This document shows positions 1 to 14,879 of a stretch of DNA of 64,000 bases, piece after piece. The position numbers and the translations under genes are program-made. The notes beneath the pieces are model-generated. The model saw only the letters and a list, made by a program, of their open reading frames with translations, searched no databases and was not told the origin of the DNA. Source of the stretch: Eledone cirrhosa (lineage: Eukaryota); assembly GCA_964016885.1 (NCBI GenBank), contig OZ024740.1:76384001-76448000 (forward strand), read 5' to 3'. How positions within the stretch are numbered: the first letter of the stretch is position 1; each line of letters begins with the position of its first letter.

Positions 1-32
1 AAGACATACGTATATTTATCATGCATACATAA

Positions 33-264
<232 letters not shown>

Positions 265-350
265 ACTAAAAGGCAGAGTTAATAACTCATATTAATACCC
301 TGTAATTAACAAGCTCAAAGTATAAATACTGAGCATTATATAATGATATA

Positions 351-545
351 GTAGATTGGCAGTATCGGTAGTGGCTCGGACGCCATGCTTTCCAGCATAG
401 TTACGTCCCTTTATGATCTTAGTTCAAATCCCGCCGAGGTTGACTTTGCCTTTCATCCTTACGGGGTCGATAAAATAAAGTACCAGTAACGCACTGGTTA
501 ATTGCTAGCCTTGTGCCTAAAGTAGAAACAATTATATAATAATAT
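351..545 (+). mobile_element. tRNA-derived SINE (~190 bp)
   Basis: A-box-like TGGCAGTATCGG, B-box GTTCAAATCC, body ctttgcctttcatccttacggggtcgataaaataaagtaccagt, ATT/ATAAT tail; many copies in the window. Confidence 0.9.
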
Positions 546-615
546 ATGTAGTAATAAACACAGTAAATTGCGTATCTAAAATTTTAGACACACAATTTGC
601 TGTGTTTATTACCAC

Positions 616-654
<39 letters not shown>

Positions 655-1090
655 GTGTATATACAATATGTTTATGCATAATAAACATGTGTATATACTA
701 AATAATAAACATGCGTAATATATGTGTATATACGTATATATATATATATTATTTTTATCCACGGTTACTTACTTGCATATACCATTGTCCTGTGCCCCCC
801 CCCCCCCCACCGTACATTCGGTTAGTTTACTTTTCCTCTTTCCTTTTTCTCTTTCTTCATCTCTGTTCACTATCTCATCTTTTCTTCCTCTCAGGGCCTT
901 TTGATTGATAAAAGGCCTTGGGCGCGCTGCTGATCGATTTCGATGTTCTGTTGTAATCGCCGAAACATCTATGATCTGCAGCTAACAGCTGATTAAGGGT
1001 TTCTTCCCTTGTTTCGTCCATAGTACCATCTTAAACTTTGTTTACAGTAACCCCACAGCTCACTTCGTTTCTTGTAATTTTATATATATA

Positions 1091-1383
1091 TTAAGATCGG
1101 TGCTCTGAAATAGCGATGTGTACATGAATGTATGTATAGTATATTTGGCAATATACCATATGTTTAATTAAAACATTTAGAAGATCATACGGTATAAGAT
1201 TTAAAGTAGTGACTATGTCACTTATTTCTTTTCGATTAAAGAAGGGAGAGAAGCTGACAATCTGTTTCACGTTGATTGGCGTTCATCAGAATCGCGTACT
1301 CTCCTGCTTCCGCTAATAGCGTATGGTCTTCTAAATGTTTTTAATTAAACATACGGTATATTGCCAAATATACTATACATACA

Positions 1384-1388
<5 letters not shown>
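1091..1388 (-). mobile_element. TA-embedded fold-back element (family T) with an internal hammerhead-like motif
   Basis: ~68-bp inverted arms at 1124-1191 and 1320-1388, flanked by TA tracts; a solo arm at ~2212-2281. Confidence 0.7.
1252..1293 (-). ncRNA. Hammerhead ribozyme-like motif (type I, weak stem I)
   Basis: Minus strand reads gatt-CTGATGA-acg ccaatcaa cgt-GAAA-CAGATTG-TC-agct; core and GUC triplet intact, stem I imperfect. Confidence 0.5.
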
Positions 1389-1461
<73 letters not shown>

Positions 1462-1849
1462 TAAATATAAATATATATAAGAGAGTATTGAAGTTTGCCT
1501 GAAGCATTGAAGCATTGTGGAATAATAAGATTTTTTTTTTTTTGGGGGGGGGGGGTCGTTTTGGAAGCCTCAACAATGCAGATGGGTAGATCTCCAGGTA
1601 ACAGAATCTGGTGGTGAAGAGAGAGATGTAAGGGAATGTAGAATGAGATGTATAGTTGTATAGTGTGTAGAGGAACGTAGGAAAGAGCGTAAAAAATAAA
1701 AATAATAACACGAGATAGAGTTATGTTGGGAGAGATTTAATTGTCCCTATATTTCGAATTCGCATCCATCACTGGGCGGTTGGCCGGGGGGGGGGGGAAG
1801 TTATCTGTCGGAGAGAAACAGTACGTGTCCTCTGCTGTCCACTGTTTGT

Positions 1850-1883
<34 letters not shown>

Positions 1884-2011
1884 ACCAGGTGGACCATAAC
1901 GCACCAAAGTACTCAATACTTAGGGTAGTAGAGTGGGTAATAGGAACGAGTAGGACCCTGACGGCTGAGCTCAAGCCGTTTCGACGGCTAATTCTGGACT
2001 AAAAAAAATTC

Positions 2012-2078
<67 letters not shown>

Positions 2079-2179
2079 TATATAAGAGAGTATTGAAGTT
2101 TGCTTGAAGCATTGTGGAATAATAGTCCAGAATTAGCCGTCGAAATGGCTTGAGCTCAGCCGTCGGGGTCCTACTCGTT

Positions 2180-2183
<4 letters not shown>
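1884..2183. mobile_element. Family P fold-back element, arms split by a TA tract and another repeat fragment
   Basis: taggaacgagtaggaccctgacggctgagctcaagccgtttcgacggctaattctggact (~1941-2000) and its reverse complement at 2123-2183. Confidence 0.8.
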
Positions 2184-2215
<32 letters not shown>

Positions 2216-2296
2216 TGTATGTATGTATAGTATATTTGGCAATATACCGTATGTTTAATTAAAAACATTTAGAAGACCATTCTACATGTATGTATA

Positions 2297-2578
<282 letters not shown>

Positions 2579-2581
<3 letters not shown>

Positions 2582-3043
2582 TATGTAGAGGTTCAGTTCT
2601 GTAAGACTCTCCCAGTAGCTTGTCTCCCTCATCTTGGCAATCCTCTTGGTGTAGCTTCGCTGGATTGCCTCAAGCTCCGTGGTTAGTTTGACACTATAGG
2701 GTGACCACAACTGGGAGCAATAGTCCAGGCGGCTTAGGACAAATGTCCTCCATAGTGTCAACATGGTGTCTCGGTCTCTTGTCCGGAAAGTCCTCAAGAT
2801 CCAGCCAGCGAGTCGTCTGCACATTGTCGCCACTTTCATGATGTGTGAGGAAAAAGATGCATCATCGCTCATGTCTATGCCCAGGTCTCGTATCGATTTT
2901 GACACGGGGATATCGGTCCCTCCTGGTCCTGCGTAACTGTGTAGTACTGTATTTGTGTTTGCAGGTTTGTATTGTAGGGCTTGGAATTTGCCAGCATTAA
3001 ACTGCATGTTGTTTTCTTCCGCCCATTTGTATATGGCATCCAT
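2579..3043 (-). mobile_element. CR1/L2-group LINE ORF2 fragment (end of RT and C-terminal region)
   Basis: WAEENNMQFNAGK, IRDLGI, GWILRTFRTRD, SRLDYCSQLWSP, LEAIQRSYTKRI motifs. Confidence 0.88.
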
Positions 3044-3166
3044 ATATATATATATATATATAGTTATAGCTCTGGTTTATCCAAACTATTGAGCCCTTTG
3101 CCATGCATTTCGAAGATTGTGTTTCGTTATTTCGTGGGCCGAGATTCCGATTCTCGATAATTTATT

Positions 3167-3230
<64 letters not shown>

Positions 3231-3233
<3 letters not shown>

Positions 3234-3404
3234 AAAAAGAGATGAAATCGAAAATGCAACTGGAGCCTTATTTAAAAAAAAATATATATATATTTAAAAA
3301 AAAAATAAGACTCCAGTTGCATTTTCGATTTCATCTATTTTTCTTTATACTTTCACTCGTGTAGGACACCTCGGTTATTTTTCATTTTGTAAAAAAAACC
3401 TCAC

Positions 3405-3410
<6 letters not shown>
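3231..3410. mobile_element. Family R fold-back element
   Basis: aagaaaaagagatgaaatcgaaaatgcaactggag and its inverse ctccagttgcattttcgatttcatc, plus an unpaired tail, between TA tracts. Relatives at 21302, 25927 and 43441. Confidence 0.8.
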
Positions 3411-3488
<78 letters not shown>

Positions 3489-3517
3489 GTATATATATAT
3501 ATATGTATATATATATG

Positions 3518-3576
<59 letters not shown>

Positions 3577-3603
3577 TTATATATATATATATATATATGT
3601 GTA

Positions 3604-3646
<43 letters not shown>

Positions 3647-3820
3647 ATATATATATGTATATATAGATTATATAATATATATATATATAAATATATGTAT
3701 GTATATATAGATTATATAATATATATATATATATAAATATATGTATATATATGTATATTATATAATATATATATATGTATATATATTATATAATATATAT
3801 ATATATGTATATATATATAT

Positions 3821-3998
3821 AGTAATAATAAATTTGAAGACTAAAATCCAAAGAGGGCTCGATAAGGATAAATATATATCAAATATATAAGAACCGTAGA
3901 GCAAATATTTATTAAAATAACAGATTAAAGTTTAAGATCCCGTTAAGGGTGAAAGCAGCGATTCTTTGCTTAAACTTTAATCTGTTATTTTAATAAAT
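3821..3998. mobile_element. Family Q fold-back element
   Basis: ~30-bp arms atttattaaaataacagattaaagtttaag / cttaaactttaatctgttattttaataaat; the reverse-complement copy is at 7720-7900. Confidence 0.8.
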
Positions 3999-4278
3999 GT
4001 ATATATATATATATGTATATATATGTATTATATAATATATGTATATATATATTATAAAAAAAATATATATATGTATATATATATATGTATATATTATATT
4101 ATAAATATATATACACACACACATACGCACACACACACATATATATATATATTTATGTATATATATATATTATGTTATATTGCGCACACACACTCATATA
4201 TATATATATACATATATATATATTATATACATATATATATATATAATATATATATAATATAATATATATATATATTGC

Positions 4279-4344
<66 letters not shown>

Positions 4345-4414
4345 CGGAACAAGTAAACATTAAACAATCTTTTAAATAAATTAAAATACGATTTAAATAT
4401 TCACCTCTTCTAGT

Positions 4415-4494
4415 GCCATGACCGACGGTTTCGCTTATCAAAAGATTGGAAATTCAGAGAATTTCCAATGGAAAGATACAGCTCTTCAGACAGC
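4415..4494 (-). ncRNA. Type-I hammerhead ribozyme within a TA-flanked element (~4340-4810)
   Basis: Minus strand reads gctgt-CTGAAGA-gc[long hairpin attggaaatt/aatttccaat]gc-GAAA-CCGTCGG-TC-atggc; all core nucleotides present, GUC site. Confidence 0.78.
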
Positions 4495-5675
4495 TTTTCC
4501 AAACCTACTAGACATAAATCCAAGTAGAAGTAGATGTATCGCTTTCTGCCCGGTGTATGAAATCAAGCCGTTAAAGTGACCCACACATAAATAGGCCGTA
4601 AGAAAAACCGGGAATTATAGACTCGTTGATATTTAATCTTACTAGAAATAGCAGCACGATATAATATTTTTTTCTCTACATTAAAGGAAAATTCAAATAA
4701 ATGATATAGACATTCCAGTAGGTATTAAGTACCCACGGAAATATATATGGTGTCTATAATAGTGGTTGTTCTATGGTACTAATTTGAGATACCAGAACTG
4801 TAATATATATATATTAAGGTTTCCTCTGCTCTCTGATATCGGCGTCAGTACCATATGAATATGAACGAGAAAATAACATGCTAACGGTTAGCATATCTAT
4901 TTTTAAGAAGATCTGATTCATGCCAGTTAAAGAAACTTAAATGATGTCCTGCCAGCAGCGAGCCGAAACCAATAATTTTGCAAGCCAAGAAATATTTCTT
5001 AGAAACCTTAAGAAAATAATTTAATCATTTACCCTAATTTCAATTCTTAACTGAACAACTTTTAAGTCTTCTTCCTGGCTCCACTTGGAGTGACATTAAT
5101 AAAGAGGCAAGAGCTACATTTATATATGTTTATTTACATGTTCATTCATATTTCTTTATATCTATTTCAACAGAAAAAAAAATATCTTCAATTTTTCCCA
5201 AACGTTCCTCTCTCATTAAACCAATCTTGCTTTTATTGTAGCAATTTAAACTTTTTGTTTCACTGTTTAGTAAGGAAGGGGAGCTTGCTTGTACTCATGA
5301 CCCTTTTCAGTGTCTCGAAGATTGATATTGTTGAAGGAGGAATCTATCATCAAATCGGAGACTTGGTCTGTTCGAATGCTTGTAATAGAGTAGACTCTAC
5401 TAAAAGCACTCAAGAACCAGGTGTTGGTGTTAAATCGGGTGTCGAATTAAGTATGTTACTCAACTAGGGCATAGCGAGATTTGAACTCAGAACACTATAA
5501 GCCAGAAAATACCTCAATTAATTTGTCCGGCGTTCTAACAATTTCGTCAATCCATCTCACTGAAGTGCTGCTTTATTTCATCGATACCGAAAAAATGAGA
5601 TTTTGTTAGTATTTAATCACAGAGCCAAGAATACTGGGACTAATACTGCAAAGCAATTTCTCCTAAGCTCTAATG

Positions 5676-5857
5676 ATAATTGTTTCTGCTTTTGTTACAA
5701 GGCCAGCAATTATTCCAGTGCATTACTAGTGCTTTATTTTATCAACCCCGTAAGGATGAAAGGCAAAGTTAACCTCAGCGGGATTTGAACTCAGACCGTA
5801 AAGGGCTGTAACTCTATGCTGCACAACATAGCGTGCGACCCTCTACCGATACTAGCC
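5676..5857 (-). mobile_element. tRNA-derived SINE
   Basis: Reverse complement of the 351-545 family. Confidence 0.88.
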
Positions 5858-7336
5858 GTATCGTTGATCATTTTCCATAGAGATTCGGTGATACAGTTTC
5901 GTTTTTACAACACTGCCATAAACAACATCTTTGATAGTAACTAGAACAACAATAAAATTAGTAGTCGCTGAATAAGTATTTATAATTGTCTTCTTCCCTC
6001 GGTGTTCAAATTTTACCGAGATCAATTTTGCCTTTCATATGTTCATGGTCGATCTAAGAAAATACAAATCTTCGGTATTGTTGCCACTCTTTTCATTCCA
6101 TGTTCAAACTCCGCTGTGGATTACTTGAGTGGTAGACTTAATCTATCGCCTCATTTAACAATACCGCCTTAAACTGAGTCTTCTCTGCTGCAAGCATTCG
6201 GTTTCTGGCTTGAGAATACCTTAGAGTCTAAGGTAAGATTGATTGGTCAAAGCCTTAGACCAATCAATCTCTGTGACTGACAAAACAGTAGAAAACAACA
6301 ACAAAAACAACAATTACAACAGCAATAATAATAATTTCTTATGATACGAAAATTAAGCATTTTCGACAAAGGTGTATGTAAATAAAGATTAGTAACTCTT
6401 TTATATCAATTCACATGTGAATGAAAGATAAAATCACGCTTGGCGTGATTTCAACTCAGAACACAAAGTTATGCAAATATATTCGGCATAACACTTTGTT
6501 CAGTGTTCTATCGATTCTGACATCGAATGTCTGTGCAACAACAACAAACACTACTACTACTACTACTACTACTACTGCAATCATCTATGTTATGAAAAAT
6601 TATTTTCACTTTTTGCTCTACCAATATTTAACATAATATTGATGTTAAGCAAGAATGTTTGTCATAAACAGCTTAATATTATAAAACTGAGGACGGTTTC
6701 CGACGTTTGGAATCAAAAGCGTGTATGGGATCTCGATCCATTGATATGTTGGTGGATGGCTTATGAATCCTTATAGATGTGTATTGTTTTCTATCTTGTC
6801 AAAGTTTCCATGCATATAGACCTAAATACTCTTAAAAGGTGTAGTGGTTGTCACAGTTGGAATACTCGATAAAGTTAAGCTGAGGCTAAGCAACAACAAA
6901 AATATGAGCTATCAACTTGCTAAGTCATATACTCAGGTACGCTATCGTTTCTGCTACTTTGCCGCCATACGTGTGTCTTGCATGACAGAATCGCTATTGA
7001 GTTACTACCCTGTATTTTCTGGGTACAAATCCCGTTTAGGTTACTTTGCCCCTCATTCTTCTGGGTTAATGTAATGCAGTACTAGAGTCGGTTTATATTC
7101 CTGTAATTCATCATAGGCGTGAATAGAATTCTAAGAGTAAATAGCAAAACTAACTAAATGTTGGTTTCTTGTGAGGGTTTTACGTGGGCGATATATGAGT
7201 GGCTTTAGTGATTAGGGACGGAGCTGTGTTGCGATGGGGAGATTTAGGGCAGGATTTAGGGTGTGATATAAAGGTAGTGGCGGTGGTGTTGTGAAATTAT
7301 ATTATAAGCATATAGGGTTCTAAACTGGGAATGAAG

Positions 7337-7376
<40 letters not shown>

Positions 7377-7394
7377 GGGGAGAGAGAGAGGGAA

Positions 7395-7428
<34 letters not shown>

Positions 7429-7579
7429 TGGGGTAGAAGATGTCACATAGAAATAGGAAGAAAAGAGCAAAATCGCTTTAATGGTAAAGAAAATCTAACT
7501 AGATATGTTTGGGATATGGGTGTGAATCATAGCACCGACTGTGCACATGTGTGTAGATATGTTTATTGACATATTTTAA

Positions 7580-7947
<368 letters not shown>

Positions 7948-8722
7948 AAGTCAGAAATGACCATAATAAATGTCAATCACTATAGTTAAGTAAATTTAGA
8001 AAACAGTGGATAGAAGCATTTATAAAGAATCGAATCCCGCATCTCTCAGATGCTGGGCGAATGCGTCAGCTATTATGCTGGCCACCAATTCCGTCTTTTT
8101 GAAATATTTAAAGCATGTAGCTAGAAGTGTAAACAATTGGTTGACTAAAGAAACAACTATTATTTATAGTGATCGACTATTATCATGGCAACTTCTGCGC
8201 TGAGATGCCTACATTTTATTTCAAAATTTCCCATTACCTGATCAGTCAACTACTTATTTATACCCCCCCACCCACCACCCCACACGCATATATATATATA
8301 TATGTATGTATATATCAACCACCACGCAGATACATATATTTATATATACACACACACACATATATGTATATATATAACAGTAAAGAGGGAAAGGCACATA
8401 TATACATATATATCTATCTATTTATCTCTCTCTCTCTATATATACATATATGTGTTCAAATTATAAGGAATACAAAACCTTGTCGATTTTGTACCCCTTA
8501 TGATTTAAACACATATATATATGCGTGTATATATATATGTATATATGTCTTTCTCTCTTTACAGTGTTATAAAGAGCTCAGAATATCTTCCTTGAGCTTA
8601 TTTGATTATAAGGGAATATTGTGAGTTTTTAGCTCAACCTTTTAATTTTGATATATAATTGTTTCTAATTTAGGCACAAGGCCAACAATTACCCAGTGCA
8701 TTACTGGTACTTTATTTTATCG

Positions 8723-8844
8723 ATAGTGAAAGAATGAGGAGTAACATCGTTGACTGTACAACAAGGGGCTTTATTTCAGGTATTAGCAATTGTTTCATTG
8801 ATTTATCCACGACGCAGAGTACTCACAACCTCTAACTGGATTAC

Positions 8845-8848
<4 letters not shown>
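8723..8848 (-). mobile_element. Internally deleted copy of the hammerhead-bearing element at 39944-40564
   Basis: 8723-8800 is the reverse complement of ~40485-40564 and 8805-8847 is the reverse complement of ~39963-40005. Confidence 0.72.
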
Positions 8849-9249
<401 letters not shown>

Positions 9250-9250
9250 G

Positions 9251-9347
<97 letters not shown>

Positions 9348-9362
9348 GTATATATATATATG

Positions 9363-9463
<101 letters not shown>

Positions 9464-9562
9464 GTATATATAAATATATGTATATATATGTATATATATA
9501 TACATATATATATATACATATATATATATATACATATATATATCTATATATATCTATATATA

Positions 9563-10287
9563 GTAGAATAATCGAGTATCGAAAAATCGGCGCACGAGTT
9601 CACGATAAACAAAATTCGAAATGAGCGGCAGAGGGCTCAATAATTCAGATAAATCAGAGCTATAACTATCGTTAAAATACCGTCACACATAGAACAAGTC
9701 TATAATCAACCGTACGACCGAAAAATTGCGATCTGGAAGATTCGGGACATTCAGAAAAAATATCAATAAATCAATAAATCAAATGAATGTAAAAAACATA
9801 CCCGGACCCGCTAGAAAGATGGTAAATCTAGCTTCTTGGGTTTCTGTAAATCCTTAAACTGCCCTCTACCAGCTCACATAAAAATATATAAGACTTCTAG
9901 AAGCCAGCGGACGGGAAATTTACTTCCTCAACGAGCCTTTGTCCGAACGAATGAAAAGGCATAACCCAGGCTGAAGAAACGCACATGTAATTCAGCAAGG
10001 GAGATAACCTCTACATCCGCAAAAAATATTCGGGAAAATGTGGAAATACACATATCGAATAAGAGTGCTCAATAAACATGTTAAAATAAACAGGAGCTAT
10101 TCATCATTTAATAGAATCGACAAAAAGTGAACAATAAAATTAACTGGTCAATAGCTAGGTCTAGAGCTAAATATAGTAGAATAATCGAGTATCGAAAAAT
10201 CGGCGCACGAGTTCACGATAAACAAAATTCGAAATGAGCGGCAGAGGGCTCAATAATTCAGATAAATCAGAGCTATAACTATCGTTA
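9563..10287. mobile_element. 725-bp element with identical ~112-bp direct terminal repeats (613-bp period)
   Basis: 9563-9674 equals 10176-10287; flanked by TA tracts; no TG...CA ends. A diverged solo relative lies inverted at ~3062-3168. Confidence 0.75.
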
Positions 10288-10470
10288 TATATATATATAT
10301 ATATATCATAAAACATGTCTTTAGAATCACTAGATATAATATATACCATTTCCTCTCCCAATTAGCATAATTAACCATATAAAAAATCAATTAGACCAAG
10401 CTATAAGAATAAAGGCTCCTATGAAGAAAAATAAAAATAAAAAAAATAAATATATATATAGATATATATA

Positions 10471-10610
10471 GGTACAGGCATGGCTGTGTGTTTAAGGAGT
10501 TCACACCTCACGTCCGCGTGTTTTCGGATTTAATTCCACTGCGTGGCAACTCGAGCGAGTGTTTATCAACATCTTGTGAATGAAATTTGGTAGACCGAAA
10601 CTGTGTGGTT
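10471..10610 (+). mobile_element. Second, diverged tRNA-derived SINE family
   Basis: ggcatggctgtgtgtttaag A-box-like head, degenerate B-box, then ccactgcgtggca...tttggtagaccgaaactg, resembling octopus SINEs from memory. Confidence 0.55.
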
Positions 10611-10763
10611 TCAGTTGGTAAACAATGATGCAATAAATTAATTGAAGCACAAAGCATCCATCGTAGATGAGGTATCCCATGCTTGGTGCAGGAAGTTAAG
10701 TATTCATTAAAACAACAGGCTGGACTGGAAAATTTACTTTAAAATTCCGTCTCTCCCTCTCTC

Positions 10764-10847
<84 letters not shown>

Positions 10848-11326
10848 ATTTATATTTATATATAAATATATACATATATATTTGTGTGTGTATGTGGGGG
10901 GCTGGGGGGGGGGGGGGGCTATGTGTGCGTGTGTGGTTACGTTTAGTTAGCGGTCCAATAAAATAAAAATATCGATAAAACATTTACCAGATCCTAAGAA
11001 AATTCGAGTTGATCGATATGGGGTTCATTTGATAGTTTAAATTCCTTCAAGGCCAACACAGTGTGATCTAATAACCGAATCCAGTAAAACAGAAGGATAA
11101 TTTATTATTCATTAATAAGTGACTGTTACTTAAATACGAGTTTAAAAGCCATTAGGTGAAACTTGTATTGCAAGTAAGTGCCACTTATTCATATAAAACA
11201 TATGATCTCACTATAATCTGCGTGTAGGGGACTTTATGAGATAATATTTGTAATGTGTACAACATATACTAGTAAATGAACAACTACTGATGGTATATAA
11301 AAATGTATATATACATACACACATCC

Positions 11327-11360
<34 letters not shown>

Positions 11361-11365
<5 letters not shown>

Positions 11366-11547
11366 ATGTTCAAGACCCCGACGGCAGAACTCAAGCCGTT
11401 TCGACGGCTATTTCTGGGTCCAGAAATAACGGTCGAAACGGCTTGAGCTCTGTCGTCGGGGTCTTGGACATTTTCCTACTCTACTACCCAAAGTATTGAG
11501 TACTGTTGTGCGTTATGGTCCACCTGGTTCCTTACCACACTTCCTTC

Positions 11548-11550
<3 letters not shown>
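11361..11550. mobile_element. Family P fold-back element
   Basis: gaccccgacggcagaactcaagccgtttcgac / gtcgaaacggcttgagctctgtcgtcggggtc plus a tail ending ccttcgtt. Confidence 0.8.
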
Positions 11551-11588
<38 letters not shown>

Positions 11589-12319
11589 GTGTGTGTGCGT
11601 GTGTGTTTGTGCGTGTCTGTGCGTGTGTGTGTGTACATACATACCTATATAAATATTACATATATACGTGTGTGTTGTGACTACACATGTATGCGTGTGC
11701 GTTTATATACATTATCGGTAGAACGGAAGTTACTGTAAATACATTTGTGAAACTAGGTTTTTTTTAAAGAAAAAAAGGGGGCGAATGAAGCAGAAATATG
11801 AAAATGAAATGAAAGAGATTCCATGTTAATCACCAGATCCCTAGTGTTAGAGGGGAACTACATTTATTGGCATTGTTAAATATTGGGATTAATTAGCGTG
11901 GGAACCTGGCAGAAGTAAGGGGCATATATAGGAAAAGATGTAGGGAGTTTATGTGGCAGGAAATGGTAAAAATTGTTTGTTGTTGTTATTGTTGTTATAT
12001 TTGGTATTTTTTTTACCTCAGGTCAGCTCTGATAGAGCATTCCAGCCGTGATTGCCTAGTCTTAATTTTCAGACAATATATCTGTTTTGAGGGATATTTA
12101 GCTGTTATTTCTCGCAAATAGAACTATCATGTAGAGTTTCCTTCGCTGTTTCCAAGAATCGTTTTGGTATTATTTGATAACTGTTAACTGAGTGGTATGC
12201 TTCAGCTGCACCCCACAGACAAAATGGCAAAGGTGTTGTCACGAAGAATGACCAGCGAACGCACTGCAACAGTTACCTTACAGCAAGGGGTTATTTTCTC
12301 AGGTAGAATTATGCCATTT

Positions 12320-12540
12320 TTAATATTAGACGCCATAAGATACGATTCATTCTCCCACTACAACTCTGTCGCTTCGGTTGCAAACCCAGGCACTGCCTCC
12401 CTTAATGCAGATAAGAGGAAGATAACCAAATTCAAGGACTTCACTGACCACTTCCTTTTCGCGTCGGTCGCTGTCGAGACGTCAAGTGTTCTCGGTTCCC
12501 AAACTGCTTATTTCCTCTGCAAAATCCGGGATACTGCAGG
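12320..12540 (+). mobile_element. CRE-clade non-LTR retrotransposon restriction-like endonuclease fragment
   Basis: DAIRYDSFS...PGTASLNADKRKITKF...FLFASVAVETSSVLGSQTAYFL fits the CRE pattern D..D...AE..K..KY...F.PVAVETxGxxG. Confidence 0.65.
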
Positions 12541-12654
12541 CATTAGGTTACTTTTTTTTGTTTAGCCCAACCAGCCCTAGCGAAGCAGACATTTAATCAA
12601 AGATCTTCCAGTCATGATCATTTCCTCTTCTTTTTAAGACAATGTATCATTATT

Positions 12655-12845
12655 GGTGGATTGGCAGTATCGGTAGAGGGTTGGACGCCATGCTTTGCAG
12701 CAAAGAGTTACAGCCCTTTATGGTCTGAGTTCATATCCCGCCGAGGTTAACTTTGCCTTTCATCCTTACGGGGTCGATAAAATAAAGTACCAGTAATACA
12801 CTGGGTAATTGCTGGCCTTGTGCCAAAAGTAGAACCAATTATTTA
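12655..12845 (+). mobile_element. tRNA-derived SINE
   Basis: Full copy of the 351-545 family. Confidence 0.88.
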
Positions 12846-13851
12846 ATATACTTTTCCAATTTTAAAAACATCAATGTGTGGGCTAAGGGAAATTTGTCTG
12901 CAAGTTTTAGCAGATCAAGCAAATACATAAAAAGGATTCCTCGTTAACTGGTGAATCAATGTAGTCAATAACTTAGTTTCGAATCCTACTTGTTGGAGCC
13001 GAAAATGAGATATTTATTAAATGAGGCTCACAACTTCTTTTGCTAAGTCTACATCTGAATTATGGAACCCTCATGTGGTCTAATTGCTGCCGGTCACGCA
13101 AATTTCATCACCAGTTTCCCCAGATTCCAGATTTTATAAACCTAAAGGCTTTAAATATATTCACAATGTATGACTTGTATGTGCGGGTCGTTTTGGGGAG
13201 AACCTGTGTTCTAGGTCGCCGGATTGCCGTTTTCTCCAAATTATTCTATCTACTTTTACCTTCTATCCTTTCTTTCTTTTCCTTTCTTTTTCTCTTTTTA
13301 TTTTTATTTTTCATTAAGATATTCTAATACAAACGTAAATAAATTTAAATTTGAAATATATAAAATCTGTTTTTTTATTACACTCTAAGAAATACAAACA
13401 TTAAGGAAAACACATAAGAAACGTTAAATATGATTGTACCAGTAATGCACTGAATAATTGCTGGCCTTGTGCCTAAGGTAGAAACAATTATTAGTAGGTG
13501 GTGGTGGCGGTGGTGGTTGTTGTTAATATTCTGAATAGCGTCTCGTCTGAATATACATTTTTGTGTATGTATACATTAAAACACATATACAGACACATAG
13601 ATACACACATGCATGCGAATAATACACACACACACATATATATATAGAGAAGAGGTGGAACCTCAATAGCGAACCCACTCGATTCAACTTGTTTCCATAA
13701 GTTTCCATAGATACATACATACATACACACATACACACACACACACACACACACGCACACACACACACACACGTGTGTGTGTGTTTGTGTCTGTCTGCCT
13801 ATCTGTCTGTCGGTATGTACGTGAATGCAGGTGATCAATAGTGAGAGAACG

Positions 13852-13937
<86 letters not shown>

Positions 13938-14452
13938 TGAGAGAGAGAGATATTTGAATGAGGTGTGGTGTATTTATTGTACTACCAATGAGGAAATGGA
14001 AGAATCAATGAATGAAATTAATAATTATTTCTTATTTATTCATTTTTATTAACTCAAAGGAAGCTGCCTGAATCCAGAAATGGCTTGAGTGTGGGAGAAT
14101 GGTTGAAATCATTGTGCAGGTGTCTATGTAAGTAAGTGTGTGTTTGAATGCATGTATATGTGGTTTAAGTCTGTGTATATGCGTATGAATGTAGTTGTTT
14201 GTATGTGTCATTTTTTAGGAGTCTGTTTGTATGTATGAGAAAGTGTGTATGTTTATGCGTTTGTATGTGCATATTTGATTGTGTGTTTGTGTGTGGACAT
14301 GAATGTGTACGTGTGCGCTTGTGTATGTGAGGGTGTGTGTCTATATGGGTGTGTAGAAGGCTTCGTATTTCTATTTCTGTTTCTTCGACCATTTTGATTC
14401 ATATAGATGATTGCAGCAACAGCAGCAGCAGCAGCAGCACTACTACTACTAC

Positions 14453-14500
<48 letters not shown>

Positions 14501-14879
14501 AAGTTAAATACTTTACAGTGGCGAGTGAGGTTGCAGATTTTGTAATAAAAACCCACTGTGACCTATTTTGTTTACCCCTAGGATCGATAAAGTAAGTAGT
14601 GTAAGGATATAATTGACTCAAGTCAATCGGCAAACTGCCTCCGCTACAAATTTTAACGGTGTATTAATATAAGGTGATTTAATTATTTGTTAGAGTAATT
14701 CATTTGTTAACTGAGTTTAGAGCTCGTAGAAGACATCATTTTCCCACAGAGTGGATGGAATGGACCTCCGTCGGTTTTGAAGATGAGTATTCCAGCTGCT
14801 CGATTAACGGAAGAGCCTGCTTGTGAAATTAAAGTGCAACGAAGAATTCCACTGATACGTGTATCCCTATCGTAATTCT

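Noticed and set aside
351-545. tRNA gene
   Set aside because: A and B boxes are present but too widely spaced, no cloverleaf, and a SINE body and tail follow in many copies.
3900-3975. Hammerhead in family Q (aaga-tccc gttaa gggt-GAAA-gcagc)
   Set aside because: CUGA is missing and there is no UH after stem III; a remnant at most.
9968-10060. CTGAAGA in the 613-bp element as a hammerhead core
   Set aside because: No convincing stem I or correctly registered stem II.
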